NCBI RefSeq assembly: GCF_006345805.1
Contig: NC_043019.1
Coordinates: 29,387,360 to 29,451,359 of the forward strand
Source: Octopus sinensis
Taxonomy: Eukaryota
Reading direction: 5' to 3'
DNA: 64,000 bases
Shown here one piece after another: positions 53,334-64,000 of the stretch. The notes below the pieces were generated by a model. That model made no database searches. It had not been told where the DNA came from and was given only the letters and a program-made list of their open reading frames with translations. The position numbers were made by a program, and so were the translations under genes. Every line of letters starts with the position of its first letter. Position 1 is the first letter of the stretch.

Positions 53334-54427
53334 TAACTCTTATCTTGACTCTCCAATAAATCTTTCCTTCTCTCCTATCTCACACAGCATCACATGGCCT
53401 TTCCCTGTTTCTCATGTTACTCATTCTTTTTTTTTTTTTAACTGTATGATCAATTGGCCAGTTGCCTTTTCCAGCTTTGGTCTTGTTTAATTTTTTTTCA
53501 TCGCTTCCCCCTCGAGGCCTAGAAGCATGCTACCTTTACCATTAGCATTACTTCACACAGCCTGTATTAATTTTGTCACTAAACTGAAGGACTGTATATA
53601 TATATTTATTTTATTTTCTGGTTTTCCTGTTATCCTCACACCTCATCTTTATTTATTGCTCAGTCTACAGACACTTCTTTCTGTTACTGTCCTTGTCTTA
53701 ACATCTTTCTGCCTTCGTTCATCTATCTTGTCTGCTCATTTGCACTCCAGCAGCTAACGTTGCTGACACTGCTAAATTAAACAATATTGTCAGAAGGGGT
53801 TGAAATTGCAATGATATTTAATTAACAACTGATGAGGGATAGAGTGTGTCTGCATTCATTTGCTCTTTTTTCCCCTTTTTTTAAAAATCAAATTTCCTTA
53901 TTAATCTCTCTGTACCACCTTTATTTTCATTACACATACACACACACACACACACATTTATATAAACATGTATACGTGTCAGCATTGGTAATGCTCTCCT
54001 GTCGTCAACATTTTCTTGGTTTCTGAAACCCTGAGGCCATTTGCTAGTGAGTCTGATTAGTGAAGAGGACTAGTTTGAGTGTATGCAAGTATGTGCATGC
54101 ATGTTAGTGTGTGTATGTGCTTGGGTATGTACATGTGTGTGCATGTCTCATGTAGAAGTGCATCTTGTAAATATTCAAAAAAAGTTATTATTTTCTTGCA
54201 CAATAGATGAGATAGTAGTGCTTCATTTCAGTCTGTGAACAATCTTAACTAATTTCTAGAATAATTACTGCAGACTAACAAGTGTAAGAGTACAGACAAA
54301 TATGTGACTTCAGCTTATCTCAAAATATTACAATAATATTCGGGTAACACTCTTTCAGCCGACACATCTATATAATTTTTATATAATAAATATATAATTC
54401 TTTTTACAGAAAACACTGTTGCTTCAA

Positions 54428-55321
54428 TATTGGGGTAAGGTTTCAGATCTAACAGTTGCCCAAAAGACTATCACTGCTATACTCCACAAAGAAAGAAAGA
54501 AACACACAGTTTTCATAGCAAAAGCTGTTGTTCCTAGAGTCTCGTGCCAAACAATCCCATTGGAATATTGTTTAGATGACAGTGTTGCTGAAAATGTACA
54601 CCAACCTTGAAAGAACTATTAAAAATAAAACCCCACCAAAAAATAGCATGTTTGGAAATATGGGGAAATCCATTAGAAATGAACTGAGGTAAGAAATGGT
54701 ACATCAAAGACTACCAAGTAAAATGTAGAAATGGAACACAATAAGTGAGTACCCAGGACTACAGCATGGTTTTTTTCTGGTCAAAGTAAGCTTTGTAATT
54801 CATTCAGAAATACAAGAATGCAGTATTTGGAAGTAGATTGGAGGGATACGGAACCCAGCTCTGTTTAAATCCAGCTTCAACTACCAACAGTCAGTAATGG
54901 TTTGGGGTGCCCTATAAGACATGGATGTTGTATCGCAGTGAGTTATAGTCACTGGAACAGCATATCATGCTTCCTTTTGGCAGCCAACAATTGGTGATGT
55001 AGAATTTCTGTTCCAGTACAATTTGACATCTACACACAAAACCAAAACAATCATTGCCTGATTTGCTCATCATCACATCAATATACTTCCTTAGACCAGG
55101 TGACTCACTTGACCTAAACTCCATATAGAATCAATGGTTTATAATAAAAAAAATCAAAAAAAAAAGAAAGAGCCAACTTCATCCCAGTCAAGATAATGAG
55201 CTGGAAGCTGCTATCGAGACATCTAGGGCTTCTATCACACATTAGCTTTGCTGCAGGCTGGCTTCCTCTATACTACAATGTATTCAGGCAGTGAAGCCAT
55301 AGAAGCTTTTACCAAGTATTA
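54428..55321 (+). pseudogene. Heavily decayed Tc1-family transposase
   Basis: Collinear motifs across frameshifts: GKVSDLTVAQKTITAILHKE, VFFSGQSKLC, QQSVMVWGA, FLFQYNLTSTH, PGDSLDLNSI*NQW, ELEAAIETSRASIT, FTKY*. Confidence 0.85.
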
Positions 55322-56216
55322 GCTGACATTCTCTACTCACCTTTCAATTTTTGACCAACTTGCTCTATTGTAATTTTACAGATAATGAGATATGGATTTA
55401 TGTTCCCTGCATAGAAACCATAAAAGTTAGCTTACATCAACAATAGACAGGGAATAGAACAGTTAAGATTTTGTGAATCTAAAACAATAAAAGCATTGAG
55501 GCTCTAAGTTAACCCTTTTGTTACCATATTCCTGTTGGAATAGACAGCCTTCATTTCAAGTACTTTTCAAAATAATAAAGAATTTAATAAAATAACTTTG
55601 TCATTAATAAGATAGGGAATGGAACAAATTAACAAATGAATTTTGAAGGAAGGAAGAGTTAGATCACATTAAAACAGGAGGTTTCTATTTTAGAACCAAG
55701 GGCAGTCTTAGGTGGGTTGGTATCAAAAAGATTAACTGATAACAAATATCCAACTTTCAAATAATATTCTAATTTTTATGACACACCCTAAGTATGTGTG
55801 TAAAAATATATGCCATACACACACAAATGCACACACACACATGATATGACTGCTGGTTAAAAAGCTAGGTTCACAATCTTGTAGGTTTGGATTCAGTCCC
55901 ACTGCATGGCACCTTGAGTGAGTGTCTTCTGCAATAACTACAGGCCAACCAATGCACTGTGAGTGGAATTGGTAGATGATGTATGGAATGTTATATTCTA
56001 CAATGTTTCCACATGAAATTGTTTGAGCAAAATCATTGATGTTACATTGATAACTGCTTGTCAACAAATCACACTGCAGCTCGGCATTTTTGAAGTGGAA
56101 TATAAAGGTAAGGGTCAGTGACAGAGAACTTTCAGCTGTAAAATAATGCTTCAATAATAACCCATCACGCAACCTACATGCAGAAATGGATAATGAATGA
56201 ATGAAAACACACACAC

Positions 56217-56250
<34 letters not shown>

Positions 56251-56253
<3 letters not shown>

Positions 56254-56458
56254 TTATTTATATATATATACTTTATTTATATTCATATATATACTTTATT
56301 TGCTAGAATAGCAAAAACTGTCCGATGAACGGCAACGTGAAACTCAGAGTAACAAGTTTTGTTGAATTTTCTGCTGCTTTAAATAAAGCATATTACTCTA
56401 CCACTGGTATTTGAGTACTCTTTTTTCCACCTTGTTTCACATTTATGTGTTTACTCCA

Positions 56459-56507
<49 letters not shown>

Positions 56508-56769
56508 ATAATATATATATATATAATATATATATATATATAATATATATATATATATATTACTTTATTTATATATATACTTTATTTATATTCATATATA
56601 TACTTTATTTGCTAGAATAGCAAAAACTGTCCGATGAACGGCAACGTGAAACTCAGAGTAACAAGTTTTGTTGAATTTTCTGCTGCTTTAAATAAAGCAT
56701 ATTACTCTACCACTGGTATTTGAGTACTCTTTTTTCCACCTTGTTTCACATTTATGTGTTTACTCCAGT

Positions 56770-56770
<1 letters not shown>
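56251..56770 (+). ncRNA. Tandem repeat (309-nt period) carrying two minimal hammerhead motifs (56315-56359, 56624-56668)
   Basis: AAACTGT-CCGATGA-ACG-GCAA-CGT-GAAA-CTC-A-GAG-TA-ACAAGTTT in both copies; unique parts appear identical, separated by AT-rich spacer. Confidence 0.65.
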
Positions 56771-56800
<30 letters not shown>

Positions 56801-57028
56801 ATACATATTATTAATAATAATTATTATTATCATTATAATATATAAATGTATATTATATATATATTACCATTAGGCTCATCAGACCAATATGATCTCAAGC
56901 TCAAATTCCTGACCCCCACATCAAACCATGGTTGGGTAGAGAGAATATGCAGAGACCTTCATCTTGCAGTGGACTGAACATGGGCAATCCAACCCAATCA
57001 TTATATAAAAATGTATATTATATATACT

Positions 57029-57064
<36 letters not shown>

Positions 57065-58019
57065 CCTGCTCACTTAGCCAGCAGGGTGGCGTCATTTGAA
57101 GGCTAAAACAATGCGAAACGCATTGTGACCAGCGATGTGTAACAGCATCTGATAGCCTGGTCGGTCACTGTGATAAATATATATATATATATATATACAT
57201 ACATACATACACACACACAGACACACACACACATCTGAAGTAGCACCATGATCATTGCTTTATATCCACTTTTCCATACCAGCATGGATTGGACAGGTTT
57301 TATACACACATACACATACATTTGTGTATGCATATGCACATATTTTTACACATACATGCATGTCTGGATGTGTGTGTGTGTGTGTGTGTGTGTTTGTGCA
57401 GAACAAATAGTCTCAGTGAGGTGAGGAATAAAGATAACATGTTCAGAAGACCAGAAGTTATTATAGTTACAAAAGAATAAACCGATATAGTAGAAGAGAG
57501 GACAGTGTGTTGCTTTGCCGAAGCTGCTGAAGGCCTGGTTATATTTGACAAGATGCAAGCACTCTTATACTAGACTAGGTTATATTTGTGCTTTGTAATC
57601 TCAGCTAGGTGTAAGGTATTGATCTATTGATTTATTTACCATATCATTGATTTATGTTCCACTAATATATTATATCTAATTGGTTAACTTCCTTAAATCT
57701 GAGCAGCTACCAGCAGTTTTGTACGTGAGAGTTTGAGAAATCCTTTTAAATATTTACCGAGTATTGATATTTTCCTCCCTTCAGTTATCATAAATGGTAA
57801 TAGTAATAAGATAGTAAAGACATGCAGGATTTTAAGAGCAACTGAATACAACTTGCACAAAAGCATAGGCATTGCCACATGGTTACTAAGTTCACTATGC
57901 AACCAAAAGGTTTGGGGGTTCAGTCCCACATTATGACATCTTCTTCGGCAACATCCTCATTCTGACCAATGCTTTGTGAATGATGAAACTTTATGGTAGA
58001 TGAAACTGTGCATTGAATG

Positions 58020-58312
58020 TGAGAGAGAGAAAGAGTGAGTGAGTGAGTGAGTGAGAGAGAAAGAGTGAGTGTGAGAGAGTGAGTGAGTGTGAGAGAGTGA
58101 GTGAGTGTGAGAGAGTGAGTGAGTGAGTGTGAGAGGTGAGTGAGTGAGTGAGTGAGTGAGTGAGTGAGTGAGTGAGTGAGTGAGTGAGTGAGTGAGTGAG
58201 TGAGTGAGTGAGTGAGTGAGTGAGTGAGTGAGTGAGTGAGTGAGTGAGTGAGTGAGTGAGTGAATGAATGAGTGAGTGAGTGAGTGAGTGAGTGAGAGAG
58301 AGAGAGAGAGAG
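58020..58312. repeat. (GAGT)n/(GA)n microsatellite
   Basis: Direct reading. Confidence 0.95.
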
Positions 58313-58494
58313 CGTGTCTGGTGTTTAAGTCAGCCTAAATTTTTTTTACTGTAAATATTCATTTGAAAAATTTGATTTGTATGGCAGAAAACATGGTATT
58401 TCAAACCAAAACATTTTGGAGAGAGAAACTTCACAAAATAATTTTTGCCAACAGACCACCACTAGTTTTCTTGGACTGCATATGTATACATGGT

Positions 58495-59190
58495 TGCAGA
58501 ATCTTTAGCAGAATTGGAGAAGAAATTCCAGGTATGGAAATAAAACCTGGAATCAAAGTTAACCTATCTAAGACCAAAGTTGTTAGTAAGAAAGAAGATA
58601 AAACTCTCTTTCCATCAGGTAAATGGCCCTGCTCAATATGTAGGAAAGGAGTTGGAAGAAATTTCATTCACTGCACCCAGTGTAAACTATGGGCACATAA
58701 GAGGTGCAGTGGAATCACAGGTAGATTAACAGATAAAGTTATCTTTGTATGTGGCAGATGTGCAGGGGCAATAAGCACTAAGAGCACACGGAACTTAGAT
58801 TCTCTCAAATGCCCAGGAGGCTCTCTTGAGGTTATAGATAATTTCTGTTACCTAGTTGACCAAATTAGCAATTGTGGAGGATGCTCTGAAAGTATTGTTT
58901 TGAGAATAAGAATTGGGTGGAGGAAGTTCAGAGATGTATTACCTCTGTTGGCAACAAAAAGACTCTCTCAGAGTGAAAGGTAGACTATATGATGCTTGTG
59001 CACAAACAGCTATACTCCATTGTAGTGAGACATTGGCTCTGAATGCAGAAGACATGAAGACATGTGTAGACTGGAGAGAAATGAAGGTAGTATGCTCTGT
59101 TGGATGTGCAACATCAGTGCACATGTATTGAGCAAAGTGCAAATGTATTGAGAAAAAAGTTGGGCATAAAAGGAATCAAATGTAGCAGAC
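58495..59190 (+). pseudogene. Decayed RTE LINE RT fragment (PHD-bearing family)
   Basis: KWPCSICRKGVGRNFIHCTQCKLWAHKRC...FVCGRC, LEVIDNFCYL, RIRIGWRKFR. Confidence 0.85.
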
Positions 59191-60684
59191 CAATGATCAA
59201 AAACTAGCTTTCCAATCTCTAGGTATTGTGTACCTAGGAATACATAATGCAATGTGTACTCCTATTTTTAAGGTAGAGTGTAATTTGAGAGAGAATTTAG
59301 ATGCTAACTTCTATCAAGTCTCACAATGACATAACAGCTCTGTCATCATCAGCACAATCTCAAAATTGTAATTGGCATATCTTGAATAATATATATAAAC
59401 TGATTCCAAAATAGCATGAATAATATATATATACTGCAAAAGTATCAAACCTCTAACACAGAATACAGAGTGACTACAGTCAGTTACTAATGTGAGAGTT
59501 TCAATGCAAAGATACCTCACCTATTCTAGGATGAATTTGAAAATATTAATTTCTAACATTGGCTCAAAGCAACACAGTTTAATGGCTGATTAAATCACCC
59601 CCTAATCACACCCTAATAGAGTAACTGATTTTAGTATTTTAGTTTTATCAAGTCCATAAGGACAAAATGCAAAACTGGCTTTTCGTGGTATTTTAATTCA
59701 GACTGTGAAAATCTTCATATTGATTTCTAACATTTGCACAAAGCCACAAATCTTAGGAGTTGATGTAACCAATTTCATTAATCTCTAGTACTTGACTGTT
59801 AAAGGACTGTTAAAGGACCAAAGAGGATGAAAGACAAAATTGACTTTGAATGGATTTGAACTCAGAACATAAAAATGAATAGTAGTAATTTTATTCAGTA
59901 TTCTGTAATTTTACAGGGAGGAGGTAAGTTGATTGCATCGACTCCAGTGCTCAACTGGTACTTATTTTATCAACCTTAAGAAGTTGAAAGCAAAGTTGAC
60001 CTTGGCAAAATTTGAACTCAGAACATAAAATTGAAAGAAATTCCACTTAGTATTTTGTTTGGTGTGCTAATGATTTTGCCAGCTTGCTGTCTTTAGAGAG
60101 GCAATAAATACAAGACATTTTTTATCATACAGTGAAAAGCTTCATAACAAATGGAATTGGAATTTAGAAAGCCTACACTTGTAAATGGCTTTGTGGTTAA
60201 GAAGTTTGATCCAAAATTCTATGGGTCCTAGTTCAATCCCACTGGACTTCTACTACTGTAGCTTCAAGCTGACCAAAACCTTGTGACGGAAACTGAGCAG
60301 ACGAAAACTGTGCAGAGGCCTTCATATGGACCATATCTATTCTTGGTTGGTAAGCCTAATTTATTACCTGAACAGACATTACAACTTTGATGTTTCAATT
60401 ACTTCAATGTCCAAATGTCATCTAAGCATGTTATTCTCAGTAAGGTCTTAAAAATTGATATAAAAAATATGAATAGCCATTGAGCAGAACTAATGCAGAG
60501 TCAAGAGGGGTCTTTAGTCTAACTATAAACATGACAACCTCTTTAGTGTTGGTATCATTATAAAAGGGATCCTGTACATTGTCAAGTGGTTAGTGATAGG
60601 AAGGGCAGGCTGCCAAAGAAACCATGCTAAAAATAGTGCATGCAGTGGGGTTTGGTCCTCTGTGTGACTAAGGAGAGCATTCAA

Positions 60685-62730
60685 ATTATTTTAGCTTCCA
60701 GATTACTTTGTCAAATGTAATGCTTATTTTATTCACATTGTTTTGGATTCATCATCATCATCATCATCGTTTAACGTCCGCTTTCCATGCTAGCATGGGT
60801 TGGACGGTTCAACTGGGGTCTGGCAAGCCCGAAGGCTGCACCAGGCCAGTCAGATCTGGCAGTGTTTCTACAGCTGGATGCCCTTCCTAACGCCAACCAC
60901 TCCGAGAGTGTAGTGGGTGATTTTATGTGCCACCGACACAGGTGCCAGACGAGGCTGGCAGACGGCCACGCTCGGATGGTGTTTTTTATGTGCCACCGAC
61001 ACAGGTGCCAGACGAGGCTGGCTGACGGCCACGCTCGGATGGTGTTTTCTTATGTGTCACCGACACAGGTGCCAGACGGGGCTGGCGGACGGCCATGCTC
61101 GGATGGTGTTTGTTACGTGCCCTCAGCACGGAGGCCAGTCGTTGCGGTACTGGCTACGATCACGTTCGGATGGTTTTCTTATGTGCCACCGGCACTGGTA
61201 CCACAAGGATACAAATTCCATTGATGTTCATCTATTTTGATTTGGTTCGATTTGATTTGATTTGATTCGATTCGATTCTCACTTGCCTCAACAGGTCTTC
61301 ACAAGTGTCACAAGAAGGAAGGTATGTACAGGTGGACTGACTACGTCCCAGGTAGGGGCCATGGATTATGGCTTCACTAGTCTTGCCGGGTCTTCTCACG
61401 CACAGCATACTTCCATAGGTCTCGGTCTCTAGTCATTTCCATGGTGAGACCTAACGTCCGAAGGTCGTGCTTCACCACTTCGTCCCAGGTTTTCCTGGGT
61501 CTACCTCTTCCACGGGTTCCCTCAACTGCTAGGGATTGGCACTTTCTCACACACCTATCTTCATCCATTCTCGCCACATGACCATACCAGCGCAATCGTC
61601 TCTCTTGCACACAACAACTGATGCTTCTTAGGTACAACATTTCTCTCAAGTACTAACGCTCTGTCGAGTAAGTACACTGACATTACACATCCATCGGAGC
61701 ATACTGGCTTCGTTCCTCACGAGCTTACGCATGTCCTCAGCAGTCACGGCCCATGTTTCACTGCCATGTAGCATAGCTGTTCGTACACATGCATCATACA
61801 GTCTGCCTTTTACTCTGAGCGAGAGGCCTTTAGTCACCAGCAGAGGTAAGAGCTCCCTAAACTTTGCCCAGGCTATTCTTATTCTAGCAGTTACACTTTC
61901 AGCGCACCCGCCCCCCTACTGACTTGGTCACCTAGATAGCGGAAGCTATCAACTACTTCTAGTTTTTCCCCCCGGAAAGTGACGGAAGTTGTTTTCTGCA
62001 GATTTTCGGAGGTCAATGCTCCAGAGCATCTGCCACATACAAAAACTATCTTCCCAGTTAGCCTACCTTTGACATTGCTGCACCTCTTATGTGTCCATAG
62101 CTTACACTGGGTACATCTTATAGAGTTTCTACCTACACCTTTTCTACAGATCGAGCAGGGCCATCTTCCTGAGGATATTTGTGGATTTTCTAACTTTCTA
62201 CTTATTAGTACTTTGGTTTTAGCTAGGTTGACTCTAAGGCCCCTCGATTCTAAACCCTCCTTCCACACCTGGAACTTCTCCTCCAGTTCTGATAGTGACT
62301 CAGCGATTAGAGCGAGGTCGTCAGCATAGAGGAGCTCCCAGGGGCAACCTGTCTTGAATTCCTCCACAATTGCCTGGAGGACTATGATAAATAGGAGGGG
62401 GCTGTGTACTGAACCCTGGTGGACCCCAACCTCTACCTTGAATTCTTCTGTGTACATGCTGCCAACTCTAGCCTTACTTACGGCATCTCTGTACATGGCT
62501 TGCACAGCCCTCACCAGCCATTCATCTATCCCTAGTTTCCTCATTGACCACCAGATGAGGGATCGGGGGATTAGTCTTGTATTATCTTGTAGCTTTGAGA
62601 TTGTGATAATGTGACTGTAGTTTTAGAATGACATAGTAGGAGGTAGGTGTGAGAGACCAGATCAAGCTGGTTTCAACACAAAACAGAATATTTAAGCTAT
62701 ATTTGCCTGGTTTAAATGCTAAAGATATTT
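60685..62730. mobile_element. piggyBac-like MITE split by the RTE insertion (halves 60685-60750 and 62570-62730)
   Basis: Left half CAGATTACTTTGTCAAATGTAATGCTTATT.. and right half ..TTTAAATGCTAAAG match the MITE at 16290-16893 and the fragment at about 22795. Confidence 0.6.
60750..62569 (-). mobile_element. 5-prime-truncated RTE LINE: RT C-terminal half (frameshifted), PHD insert, about 600-nt 3-prime UTR with VNTR and (GAT)n tail
   Basis: VGVHQGSVHSPLLFII, ELLYADDLALIA, GLRVNLAKTKVL, EVVDSFRYLGD, RRLRWYGHVARM, RGRGRPRKTWDEVV; retains many CpGs. Confidence 0.92.
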
Positions 62731-62961
62731 CGGCGTCATCATTCATCATCTTTTGCTAGTTTCAGTCATTGAACTGCAGCTATGCTGGGGCACCACCTAC
62801 AAGGGTTTTATTTGAACAAATCGACCTCAGTACTTATTTATCTTTTAAAACGTAATGCTTAGTCTATTTGTCTCTTTTTAAACAAACTGATAAATTGCAG
62901 AGATGTAAACAAACCAACACCAATTGTGAAGTAGCAGTGGTGTGACAAACACATAAATATA

Positions 62962-63237
62962 TCATCATCATCATTGTTCGACCGTGGTCGAGACAATGGA
63001 ATTTACCATGCTACGCCAGACTTCACGGTCCATCATGGCATTACGGAGGTCCTGTTGCTGGATGCCTGTATCCCTGGAGATTACATCAGGGTAGGAGAGT
63101 GTGCACCTCTGGTATTGCGGGTAGATGGCTTCCAGAGGAGAAGAGTAGAAATTACCTCTTTTTCAGCTCTACAACAATGTCCAGCAAACTGGACTCTCTT
63201 ACCTTTCACAAGAGATGACACAGGTGGTAGTTTCCCA
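62962..63237 (-). mobile_element. 3-prime fragment of a second RTE family
   Basis: KRVQFAGHCCRAEKEVISTLLLWKPS motif, (GAT)n tail. Confidence 0.75.
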
Positions 63238-64000
63238 TAAATACACACACACACACACACACACACACAATAGGCTTCTATATGGTTTCCATATATCAAA
63301 TTCATTCACATAGCATGAAGTGATAGTATTTACCCAAGCAGCTGTACAGTAAGACTGAACATGGTTGTAGAATGAGCTTCTTAACCACATAGCCATGCCT
63401 CTGCCTACAAACAACTTTCAAGTAAAAGGTTTTAGTATCGAAGAATCAAGGGTGGTCTTAGTTAGGGTGAAATTGAAAGGGTTCCAAAGTTATTTGGTAT
63501 GAGGGTCATTTTACACGAATGCAATGAATATTCTCGTGTCTGCATCATAGATCAATCCTTTTGTTAATACGTTTCTGCCAAAATATACTGCCTTTGGTTT
63601 CAATTAATTTAGAAAACAATGAAGAATTTAGTAAAATAACTTTGTTATTTATAAACTGGTGTTTGTAACACGAAATTTTGATGAAAGGGTCTGACTTAAA
63701 TTACTTTAAATTAGAAAATTCTCTCATAAAACTAGGGCCTGACTCAGGAGGGTTGGTATCAAAAGGGTTAAATGGATCCTCATCAGCTTCAATGACAAGT
63801 GGTCGAGATTTTTAATTGACTGGACAGCCAATTCATTGAATTAGCATGTAAGTGAATGAGCATTCAACAGATACAAATTCACTTAATGTAATTAGCAGGT
63901 ATAATTAGCATGACACATTGTGCATGACAAGGTTCACCCTTTCAATTACAGGAATGGTTTATCTGACAGGCTTTCACACCATTTCTTTGTACCCAATTTT

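Noticed and set aside
54912-55124. 70-aa minus-strand ORF as a host exon
   Set aside because: It is antisense to the decayed Tc1 transposase.
58363-58983. 206-aa ORF as an intact gene
   Set aside because: Non-ATG start in flanking DNA running into a deleted, frameshifted RTE fragment.

Overview
Very AT-rich, microsatellite-laden eukaryotic DNA, about half of it transposon-derived. The SINE and RTE families look like those of a coleoid cephalopod, most likely Octopus (inference from remembered repeat families, not a database hit). No intact, recognisable host gene is present; there are only unassigned candidate exons. Identified elements: several tRNA-derived SINE families, RTE LINE fragments (three carry a C4HC3 PHD finger inside the RT), and CR1 and R4/Dong-like LINE fragments. 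There are also decayed mariner and Tc1 transposases, TTAA-flanked piggyBac-like MITEs, a non-autonomous Helitron and a fold-back MITE. The most striking signal is a Penelope-like retroelement (PLE)/hammerhead ribozyme system with five parts: (i) a near-perfect spacerless 1.74-kb palindrome encoding a GIY-YIG endonuclease, with a hammerhead in each arm (31731-33614); (ii) a tRNA-headed, hammerhead-containing SINE-like unit inserted as a head-to-head dimer with a 12-bp TSD (30864-31376); (iii) a 309-nt tandem hammerhead repeat resembling a retrozyme (56251-56770); (iv) a dispersed hammerhead family with a variant core (14800, 44655); (v) further hammerhead remnants. Most sit in (AT)n tracts and several carry non-canonical catalytic cores. 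All ribozyme folds were read by eye; activity is untested. Many element boundaries are approximate.
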